Under the pieces are notes generated by a model that made no database searches, had not been told where the DNA came from, and saw only the letters and a list, made by a program, of their open reading frames with translations. DNA of 63,758 nt, counting the filler, from Octopus bimaculoides (taxonomy: Eukaryota), in the NCBI RefSeq assembly GCF_001194135.2. It is 4 parts of 4 records of this genome, joined end to end, with 100 filler letters (N's around TTAATTAATTAA, not from the genome) between each part and the next. Parts side by side here need not be neighbours in the genome. Positions count along the whole stretch, not along the records: positions 29,097 to 54,509 come from NC_068983.1; positions 54,610 to 61,689 come from NW_026379966.1; positions 61,790 to 63,758 come from NC_069002.1; 1 more part is not named here. One strand, given 5' to 3'. A program made the translations under genes and the position numbers. Positions within the stretch are counted from its first letter, which is position 1. Each line of letters starts with the position of its first letter. Below are positions 53,651 through 63,758 of the stretch, in pieces.

Positions 53651-54126
53651 GACTACCCACAGTTAAAATAGCTTGCGGTTTCAATCGTGGTGTAGAAGCA
53701 GTTTATAGTCTTCCCTTCTTGTGTCTGGCATTGTTTTTGCCAATTATTTACAATTCTGATAGTTTTATCAAGAGTAAAGACCCCCTTACTGCTATATGTG
53801 ACTATGATCCTACTGTACTTAACATTCATTACTTCAGCATTAGTCCTTAAGCAGACACAGTGCTCAAAGCTTTAGATGTCACCTAGCTCTTAAAAACCAA
53901 GTACATGTTTCTGTAAGTGCTATTCCGGGAAAAAGTACTTTCCTCCTTGTTCATTCCTGGATAAATTGGTGATACATAAAAGGCCATCCGCCCACATTGT
54001 TGTTGATCTTTTCCATTTGCCTATTTAGAAACATTACATATACAAAAAATAAGTAGTGGTTTACATTGTAAAAAATGCGTGAGAATACGAAAGTGAAAGT
54101 GTGTGTGTGTGTGTGTGTATGTATAC

Positions 54127-54175
<49 letters not shown>

Positions 54176-54406
54176 TAGGACCTCCAAATATGATCAACGA
54201 AGGAACACCACAGAGAGTCTATTCTTTCTCAAACCTATTATTTCATAACTTGTCATTTTCACTCACTATTTCATATAAATAGTGTTTAGTGTTTGGAGGT
54301 ACAATCCAAACTATCACCACCTCATCCCAGTGAAAAAGTTAATGAAGGCTCTGTATATATATGTATGTGTGTATATATATATAGTTATATGTATGTGCAT
54401 ATGCAT

Positions 54407-54437
<31 letters not shown>

Positions 54438-54449
54438 GACAGACAGACA

Positions 54450-54509
<60 letters not shown>

Positions 54510-54619
54510 NNNNNNNNNNNNNNNNNNNNNNNNNNNNNNNNNNNNNNNNNNNNTTAATTAATTAANNNNNNNNNNNNNNNNNNNNNNNNNNNNNNNNNNN
54601 NNNNNNNNNATATATATAT

Positions 54620-55077
54620 GGAAAATAGGACAAGGTAGAAAATGCCAAAATAATTTTATCATGAAGAACATTTTAGGGATGCAAGCTGGGTGCACCTTGC
54701 GTGCATCCACTCCAGTTGCCTGTTTGCACTCCTGTCCCTATTCACCAGTGTGTGCATAGTTGGGCCATGGAGGTCTGCATGCATTGCCACTGCATCAGCC
54801 ATCCTGCCCTGTCTTTTCCTGTCCAGTTGAGCGACTGTGTCCCGCAGGTGTGTGAGGGAGCCACAAGTCTAGCATCATCGGACATTGCCATTCGCATTGC
54901 AGTAGCACGTCCACTTCACGGTCATTTCAGCCCACATGGTTCCTCCAAAGGTGCTCTTTGCCAAGTGTCCAAGGTAGCCGGTACATTTACTGTGCTCAGA
55001 GTGAGTCCCGCCGGGTTGCATACCTAAAATGTTCTTCATGAGAATATTTTCGCATTTTCTATCCTGTCCTATTTTCC
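54620..55077. mobile_element. Foldback/MITE with TIRs of about 70 bp around a GC-richer core
   Basis: GGAAAATAGGACAAGGTAGAAAATGCC..CATGAAGAACATTTTAGGGATGCAAGC versus GTTGCATACCTAAAATGTTCTTCATG..GCATTTTCTATCCTGTCCTATTTTCC. Confidence 0.8.
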
Positions 55078-55369
55078 TTATACATATCAACTTGTGTGTT
55101 CCCTTTCAACCTTTTACATATCAAACATATATATATATATATATATATATATANNNNNNNNNNNNNNNNNNNNNNNNNNNNNNNNNNNNNNNNNNNNNNN
55201 NNNNNNNNNNNNNNNNNNNNNNNNNNNNNNNNNNNNNNNNNNNNNNNNNNNNNNNNNNNNNNNNNNNNNNNNNNNNNNNNNNNNNNNNNNNNNNNNNNNN
55301 NNNNNNNNNNNNNNNNNNNNNNNNNNNNNNNNNNNNNNNNNNNNNNNATACATAAATATAAATACATAA

Positions 55370-56528
55370 TCTATATACATAAATGTGTAATGGTGTCTGT
55401 CAGTGTGTTTGGGGTTACTCTAACTCTTCCCACACCGTCCAACCAATTTTAATGATTTTTGGCACATAGGGAGATCACATGCCCTGAAGTTCAAACATGT
55501 CCAGAATTTTTTGAAAATTCGATAATGCTCATTTGGCATCGATTTTTGTGAGCCCAATCGGGCGTTTGAATGGAAATTCCCATAAAGATGTTATTTTTCT
55601 GCAGCTTTTGCATTTTTTGTCCGATTTTGATGAAAATTGATGAGTGAGCGAGGCTCATGACAATGAGTTGATGTCAGTATATGGCATTGACAGAAAATCG
55701 ATAATTGCATCTGAACATCTATTTTATAAAATCAATAAGTTTTTGCGTGCAAATATCCAATTTAAATAAAATTTGAGACATAGGTAAATTTTATGGTGGG
55801 CGAGACAGTAACGGTGTTTATTTACTTCAAAACAGCTTGAAAAGGGTACAAATGCAAATATGCATTTCTTTAGAGACATTCTTATTACTTTTGTAGAAAT
55901 TTTACACGTGATTACAGTTTATGTCCATTAGTTAATGCCAGCATGAAGAGTTCATCTAATCTTGATGAAATTTGATATTTAGGTAAAATTTATGGGCGGA
56001 GTCATGTAGAATTTTAAAAAAACTAGTGAAAGGCAGAAATCGTCAAAATGCACTAAGAATAAATTAATGAACTGATTTTGAAGAAAATTGACCCATGAAC
56101 AAAATTAAGCACTTCAACACATGAAACATCGATTATTCATATAATGTATTGGGATTTAAGTCAATGGGATATTTTCATGAAAATAGTCACAAGGATTCTA
56201 TTTTATGACATGACCTTAAGACATTTCTTCGGATTTTACTGAGACTGGACACACTGATCAATTTTGTACAGAGGGTGGCATTAAGGAGAGAGAAATAAAC
56301 AAACATCACTCTCAACAGGTCGAGGTACACCCAGAAGTTTGACTGTGATTTCAGATGGTCCAGTATGTAGGAGTATGTCGAAAGCATTAACCAGGTATCT
56401 GCCAAACCAGATATAACATCTTAATGGGTAAAAGTTGGGACCAGGAACATAGAAGATTTCAATACAAGGTCTGAGGTGGGCTTAACTTCAATACGGAAAA
56501 CACGAGCAATGCCGGGTCCAACAGCTAG
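55370..56528 (+). mobile_element. Complete non-autonomous Helitron
   Basis: A|TCTATATACATAAA start; end CACGAGCAATGCCGGG..CAGCTAG|T; inserted between A and T; internal repeated GATTTTGATGAAA.TTG motifs. Confidence 0.7.
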
Positions 56529-56537
56529 TATATGAAT

Positions 56538-56596
<59 letters not shown>

Positions 56597-56751
56597 TACA
56601 TACATAAATATATATACATATATATATATCCATATATATATCCATACATATATATATATATATATACACACATATATATATACATATATATAATGCATAT
56701 ATATATACAATGTGTGTGTATATATATATGTATATATATATATATATATAT

Positions 56752-57158
56752 ACATAATTAAGGGATCAGCAAATATTTGCTTCACCATATACCGAAGTTC
56801 AGAAATAGCAGCTAAAAAAGCTGAGACTCCCACAGATAGCATCACTTGTAACTCACAAAGGCAAAAACAAGAAGAAAAAACAATGAAAACTAACCATTTC
56901 GAAGATTAACCGTAGACGCGTTTCTGAATTATGAGTGATACTCAATTTCCTTCATCAATACGGTATTCAAGCAGTAAATTCGACTATGCTAGCAAACTGT
57001 GCAAGCATGAACAAGTAACATTCCACATCGATTTTCTTCTTGTTTTTGCCTTTGTGAGTTACAAGTGATGCTATTTGTGGGAGTCTCAGCTTTTTTAGCT
57101 GCTATTTCTGAACTTCGGTATATGGTGAAGCAAATATTTGCGGATCCCTTAATTATGT
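56752..57158. repeat. 127-bp inverted repeat (56752-56878 and 57032-57158), 2 mismatches, 153-bp spacer
   Basis: Base-by-base comparison; also visible as the same peptide on both strands in the ORF track. Confidence 0.95.
56910..56963 (-). ncRNA. Minimal type I hammerhead-ribozyme-like motif (PLE type), partly degenerate
   Basis: CCGUA-UUGAUGA-A-GGAAAUUGAG(UAUCA)CUCAUAAUUCA-GAAA-CGCG-UC|UACGG; stem I perfect, stem III palindromic, C3U and stem II closing mismatch. Confidence 0.6.
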
Positions 57159-57641
57159 TTATAAATATATATGAGCTTTTAAATAAGTTCTCCGCCAATA
57201 ATGGTGCTTACATACCGATGGGCTTGGTAAAAATTATTAATTAATAATTGTTGATTTATTAATGAGTTAATAAATTGATAATCCTTTACCCTTTTTAATT
57301 TGTAATTTATATANNNNNNNNNNNNNNNNNNNNNNNNNNNNNNNNNNNNNNNNNNNNNNNNNNNNNNNNNNNNNNNNNNNNNNNNNNNNNNNNNNNNNNN
57401 NNNNNNNNNNNNNNNNNNNNNNNNNNNNNNNNNNNNNNNNNNNNNNNNNNNNNNNNNNNNNNNNNNNNNNNNNNNNNNNNNNNNNNNNNNNNNNNNNNNN
57501 NNNNNNNNNNNNNNNNNNNNNNNNNNNNNNNNNNNNNNNNNNNNNNNNNNNNNNNNNNNNNNNNNNNNNNNNNNNNNNNNNNNNNNNNNNNNNNNNNNNN
57601 NNNNNNNNNNNNNNNNNNNNNNNNNNNNNNNNNNNNNNNNN

Positions 57642-58475
57642 TGTTACGAACGCCCGCACGCGAAGCACCTCCTTAACGAAGAGAGAGAGAGAGCGCGCGC
57701 GAACGTCGAACGCTCAGTGAGTCGGTACAGTCGCCACGGCCACCAATAAGCCCCGGCCGGAGCACGCAGCAAAGAGCAACACAGGCAAAAGGAGGGGAGG
57801 AAGAAACAACACGGAGACCATACGTTGGGTAGCGGAACTAACCTTTTCTTTTTACATCAAACATCAGAATAAAACATTACATCAATACATCAGAATTAAA
57901 CATTGCGTAATAATAAATTCAATAGCATATAATAGCGCATGCAACATAATCAAGGGTTTGCAATCATCAAGTCCATCAAAAGTTCTTTCTGTTCTTTGTT
58001 TTCTTTTCAGTTAACATCACCGTTAACGAAATCTCTTTTTCTTTATACATCATAACGACAAGTACATTTTTCTTGGAAGAATATTTACACAAACCTTAAC
58101 TGTAATAACTTCCTTTCTTTCAAAACTCACTATAATCCAAGAAGTAACCAACTACTTCCTTTTTGCCTGTCGCAACAGTTCCATCTCTCTCATTGCTTCA
58201 GTCCTTATCGGCTGACTGGTTCCTTTCTGACTATAGGCTATCTCTTTCTCAGCCTCTGTCTGTCGGACTTAGCACTGTTCATCTTCACTTCATCCAACTC
58301 GACTGCTACCAACTCCTCGGGCAAACTGCTGTCCCCAACTTCATACGCCAACTCGACTGCTGCCAAATCCTCCGGCCAACTGCGCCGCTTCAATTCCTGT
58401 TCTCGTATTTATCACAAAATACCGTAGCTCAATCGTGCTACCTTACCTCCTCCCAAAGCTGGGTCAGTTCAGTAC
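57642..58475. mobile_element. Possible LTR (Gypsy-like TGTTACG start), gap-bounded
   Basis: Begins TGTTACGAAC; CpG-rich segment followed by AATAAA motifs; the closing CA end is not visible. Confidence 0.35.
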
Positions 58476-58501
58476 NNNNNNNNNNNNNNNNNNNNNNNNN
58501 N

Positions 58502-58697
58502 ACATCGGTTGACAACCAATGCTGGTATGTTTACGTCCCCGTAACTTAGCAGTTCGGCAAAACAGACCAATAGAACAAGTATTAGGCTTACAAAGAATAA
58601 CTCCCAGAGTTGATTTGCTCAACTAAAAGTGGTGCTCCAGCATGGCTGCAGTCAAATGACTGAAACAAATAAAACAATAAAAAAGAATAAAAGAATA
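58502..58697 (+). mobile_element. SINE family A 3' half; second copy at 59892-60068
   Basis: Matches 13865-14050. Confidence 0.85.
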
Positions 58698-58727
58698 TAC
58701 ATAAATATGTATGTATACATATGTATA

Positions 58728-58773
<46 letters not shown>

Positions 58774-58784
58774 AACATATATAA

Positions 58785-59309
58785 GTGCCATAGCATAGCG
58801 GTTGAAGGTACCTGTGGAAGAGGTAGGCCCAGGAAAGTGAAGCATGACCTTCAAACATTAGGCCTCACCGAGGCAAGACAAGTGAGACTATAACTTGTGG
58901 CCTTTATCACGGGTATAACCAGCCCAATTATGCGTACCTTTCCTTCTTTGGACACAAAACCCTGCTTGCAAAGACCTGTTGAGGCAAGTGAAATCGAAAT
59001 CGAATCTGAACCAAATTCGATGACTGGCACCCGTGCCAGTGGAGCGCTAACAGCACAATCCGAGCGGGATCACTGCCAGAGCAGGGGTCTCGCTCCCGTG
59101 CCGGTGGCACGTAAAAAGCCCCATTTAAGCAAGATCGTTTCCAGCTTCGCCTTACTGGCACCTGTGCCAGTGTCATGTGAACAAAACATTGGAATGACTC
59201 CTGTACAGGTGGCATGTAAAAAACACCATTTGAGCGTGGCCGTTGCCCATACCGCTGAAATGGCCCTCGTTCCGGTGGCACGTAAAAAGCCCCATTTAAG
59301 CAAGATCGT
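58785..59309 (+). mobile_element. RTE-like ORF end plus 3' UTR with palindromic tandem units, running into a gap
   Basis: KCHSIAVEGTCGRGRPRK..VKHDLQTLGLTEA; CCGGTGGCACGTAAAAAGCCCCATTTAAGCAAGATCGT repeated at 59101 and 59273. Confidence 0.65.
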
Positions 59310-60339
59310 NNNNNNNNNNNNNNNNNNNNNNNNNNNNNNNNNNNNNNNNNNNNNNNNNNNNNNNNNNNNNNNNNNNNNNNNNNNNNNNNNNNNNNNNNNN
59401 NNNNNNNNNNNNNNNNNNNNNNNNNNNNNNNNNNNNNNNNNNNNNNNNNNNNNNNNNNNNNNNNNNNNNNNNNNNNNNNNNNNNNNNNNNNNNNNNNNNN
59501 NNNNNNNNNNNNNNNNNNNNNNNNNNNNNNNNNNNNNNNNNNNNNNNNNNNNNNNNNNNNNNNNNNNNNNNNNNNNNNNNNNNNNNNNNNNNNNNNNNNN
59601 NNNNNNNNNNNNNNNNNNNNNNNNNNNNNNNNNNNNNNNNNNNNNNNNNNNNNNNNNNNNNNNNNNNNNNNNNNNNNNNNNNNNNNNNNNNNNNNNNNNN
59701 NNNNNNNNNNNNNNNNNNNNNNNNNNNNNNNNNNNNNNNNNNNNNNNNNNNNNNNNNNNNNNNNNNNNNNNNNNNNNNNNNNNNNNNNNNNNNNNNNNNN
59801 NNNNNNNNNNNNNNNNNNNNNNNNNNNNNNNNNNNNNNNNNNNNNNNNNNNNNNNNNNNNNNNNNNNNNNNNNNNNNNNNNNNNNNNNNNNCCGATGCTG
59901 CTGTGTTTACGTCCCTGTAACTTAGCCGTTCGGCAAAAGAGACTGATAGAATAAGTACTAGGCTTACAAAGAAGAAGTACTGGGGTCGGTTTGCTCAACT
60001 AAAGGCGGTGCTCCAGCATGGCCGCAGTCAAATGACTGAAACAAGTAAAAGAGTAAAGAGTAAAGAGTATATATATATGTGTGTGGTGTGGTGGTATGTG
60101 GTGTGATGGTGTAGTGGTGTTGGGGCATGGGGATGGGATGTATAGGGATGGTGGGGTTGGAATGTGTAGGGGGTGACGATGAAGGAAGAGGGTGTAAGGG
60201 AGAAGGTTGGTGAAGTGAAGAGGGGAAGTAGGTTTCAGAGCAAGAGAGGAAGGGTGGGTGGGAGGAAATAGGTGTGAGGGGAAGAGAGGAGAAGAGCTAG
60301 AGGAGAGAAGAGAAGAGAGGAGAAGGAGCAAAGAGAGAA

Positions 60340-60592
60340 GATTGATCCCTGTTCACAGCAAAGACGGGAATCCGGATGGCCCCTGTGCAAGGACAATCCG
60401 AACAGACAGGTGTTGTAAAGAATGATCGGTAGAGCGGAAATGGCACGAGACTGGAGTGTCGTTACCGAGTCTGATATCTGAGAGTTGTTCCGCAAACCGG
60501 TCAGCCAAACGACGTCCCATTTGACCAATGTATAGAGAAGGACAGAGAGAGCAGGAATTGCAGAAGATGACATTGCTAGAAGTACAGGTGAA
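60340..60592 (-). mobile_element. Penelope-like GIY-YIG endonuclease fragment
   Basis: FTCTSSNVIFCNSCSLCPSLYIGQMGRRLADRFAEQL..PVSCHF. Confidence 0.85.
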
Positions 60593-60617
60593 GTATATAT
60601 ATATATATATTTATAAG

Positions 60618-61689
60618 TGACAGTCTGATTTGTAGCATAAGCAAAGACTCAGGTTCAGCAGAAGTGTTGTGCCAATGCCACTTTATCATCTGGGATGAAT
60701 GCACCATGTCACATAGAAGTGCAATGGAAGCTCTTGGTAACACATTACAGGACATCAGAGACAACATCAAATTTATGGGAGGAGTTACATTAGTTTTATC
60801 AGGAAACTTTAGACAGACATTACCAGTCATTCCGAGACGAACAAGATCTGATGAAATAAAAGCATGCATTAAGTCTTCACATGTATGGAATAAAGTACTG
60901 AAATTCTCCATCAATACTAACGTACCAGCTTCATTACATTGGGACCAATGTGCAAAACAGTTTTCAACCTGGTTCTTCCAATTAGGAAATGGGAAAGTAC
61001 CATTTGATGGGAATGGTGATATCAGTTTGGCTCATATTGCTATCATGATGAATTACCCAGCTGAATTGAAGAACAGGATATTTCTAGACTTAAGCAATAA
61101 TTATAATTCACATAAATAGCTGTGTGAAAGAGCTATTCTTGCTCCAAAAAATGAGACAGTAGCAAGGATTAACAATGAATTAATGAATAAGAATCCAACA
61201 GTCATTAAAAAGTACAAATCAGTTGATTCAGTCCTCGATGAAAATCAAGCTGTCCATTACCCAACAGAGTTCCTTAATTCTCTTGAGCCACCTGGAATTC
61301 CTCCACAAACTTTTTCTGAAGGTAGGAGTCCCAATAATGCTTCTAAGAAATTTAGATCCTCCTAAATAATGCAATGGGACAGGGTTGATTGGGAAGACAT
61401 TACCACCTAATGTGACAGAAGCTACCATCATCACTGGATGTGCCTCTGGGGAAGAGGTTTTCGTTCCAAGAATTCTAATCAAACCAACAGACATGCTCTT
61501 TCAGTTCAAACAAACACAATTCCCAGTGTGACTTTCCTTTGCAATATCTATTAATACAGCTCAAGGTCAGTCTTTGAAATCTACATGCTTCATATTCTTA
61601 TGGTCAACTTTGTTGGTTGCTCCAGGGTTGGTAGTTTGTAAGATTTATTTGTCTATGCTCCAAACCAGAAAACAAAGAATGTTGTTTAC
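60618..61689 (+). pseudogene. Helitron PIF1-like helicase, C-terminal half, disrupted
   Basis: IIWDECTM, GGVTLVLSGNFRQTLPVI, RAILAPKN, YPTEFLNSLEPPG.P, KVGVPIML, CNGT, FAISIN.AQGQSL, SRV; stops and frameshifts present. Confidence 0.92.
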
Positions 61690-61975
61690 NNNNNNNNNNN
61701 NNNNNNNNNNNNNNNNNNNNNNNNNNNNNNNNNTTAATTAATTAANNNNNNNNNNNNNNNNNNNNNNNNNNNNNNNNNNNNNNNNNNNNTATATATAAGA
61801 ATATATATATATATATGTATGTATATATATTCATATGTATATTTCTCTCTATGTATGTATATATATGCATATGCATATTTCTCTCTATGTGTATATAAAT
61901 TTATATATATGTATATATGTAAATATATGTGTATATTTATATTTATACATACATATGTATAAATGTACACGCATA

Positions 61976-62330
<355 letters not shown>

Positions 62331-62469
62331 TTTGATGAATCTATGTGCACATTTATGGTGGTAATGCCAGTAAAAACGTGTGCTGCCCCGTTACCTGTAA
62401 ACACCAAAACAGCCTACGTCCAGCTGGAACTGTAGAGACTCCGGAGCTTTTCCACTTCACCAGGCGCCT

Positions 62470-62885
62470 ATGATAAACTCCATCGTAAGTGAGGTAGATG
62501 TCATAGCAACACTACATGATAACCTAACTGAAAAGAAGAATTATATGAGGTTATGCGAATGCGACTTCAAAAGAAGCTATGCTGACCTTCTATCTTCTTT
62601 CTGGCACATAGGCAAAAGTAAAGCCACTAAGTTGGCTAGCCACGTATTGGGTTTGAAGACCAAATCTATGTTACATCTAATCAAGTGGAGAGCTTTGGGA
62701 TATCCATGCCATATGTTAATGGAACTAAAAACTGCAAGTTATGCATAGCTAAAAGATCGCATTTCCTTTTTAGATCTAAGAATTCCACCGAACTGTTGGA
62801 TTCCAGATTAGAAATTTTCGGCAAATGCAAACATATAGACAAGTTTCTTTTGGCGAATTGGAAAACACCACCCTCTCCAGATTAA
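62470..62885 (+). mobile_element. Penelope-like element endonuclease C-terminal fragment
   Basis: LCECDFKRSY..SSF..ATKLASHV.GLK..IKWR..PY.NGTKNCKLC..R.EIFGKCKH..KFLL matches the PLE EN end pattern (FK.RY..H..SF / C.LC..EK / KC.H..K). Confidence 0.82.
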
Positions 62886-63758
62886 GCAGCTCTATCGCAG
62901 ACTTTAGACTCTTTCCGTTGATTCTACATCAACTACTTGTATTGTCAGAAAGGATATGACTCTAATTCTCTTTTTTTTCTTTTTCTGTTTTTTCTTCACC
63001 CTTCCACTTTTTCATCCGTCTTACTCTCGTTTTTTTTTTCTTCTAGCGGTATCTCTGCTTCTATTGTTCTGATATATAACATGCATAGTCCATATGCTCA
63101 GATCTAAGAGATAACTTGGAGACTCCAAACGTGTTATTAAAACTTACCTAGAAAACATATCCATTGCATGAAACTATTACTAGCTCATAACTGTTCATTA
63201 AGCAATATTTATTTCTCACCGGATAGAGTACTTATCTTGCTGATCTTTCCCTTAAAGGAAAAGTAAATTATATATATTACAAACACAACACAGTCACACA
63301 CACATGAACACATACAAGCACGCACGCACACACGTACATATGTAAGTATGTATTATGTATAGATGGGTGGATGGATGGATATTTGCTGCTATTCTTTTGG
63401 TGGTATATGAACTAAAGATATCACCTAAATGACACCCAATGGTACATTACCTGACAAAGTGGTGTTTTATGAAAACATGATCTTACATGATGTTATATGA
63501 TCTCGCATATTGTTACATGCCAAATTATATAATGTACTGTTCTAAATAAAATTACGCTACGCAAACATATGTAGCAGTACCCAAAACACCCATTCGTTTC
63601 GTCCTTAATTGCCATACGTACATACATACATACATACATGCAAATATGCATGCATACATGCATACATACATATATACATACATTCATACACGCACACGTA
63701 TATATATGAGTTCAAAGTGTTCAAACATACATTCATACGCACCCACCACCACAAACAC

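Overview
AT-rich, gap-ridden eukaryotic genomic DNA. The microsatellite load ((TA)n, (CA)n, (TATC)n, (TATG)n, (AG)n, (AAT)n) and the recurring tRNA-derived SINE families resemble an octopus genome (inference; no database check was run). No intact, recognisable host gene is present and most of the ORF track is microsatellite noise. The interpretable content is transposon debris: three SINE families (tandem arrays, two young copies with TSDs), RTE, CR1/L2, R4/Dong-like and L1/Tx1-like LINE pieces, four Penelope-like (PLE) endonuclease-region fragments, mariner and pogo MITEs, a decayed hAT transposase, a Helitron helicase fragment and a complete non-autonomous Helitron. The most interesting signals are RNA-structural: (1) a candidate HDV-like ribozyme upstream of R4/Dong-like LINE fragments (50735->50627); (2) PLE-type minimal hammerhead ribozyme motifs, one in the loop of a 127-bp near-perfect inverted repeat (56752-57158) and one with an A6U core (40745-40781); (3) an L1/Tx1 element with both ends and a 13-bp TSD but no RT domain. 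A phase-consistent chain of possible minus-strand exons (48.7-44.3 kb) is reported at low confidence.
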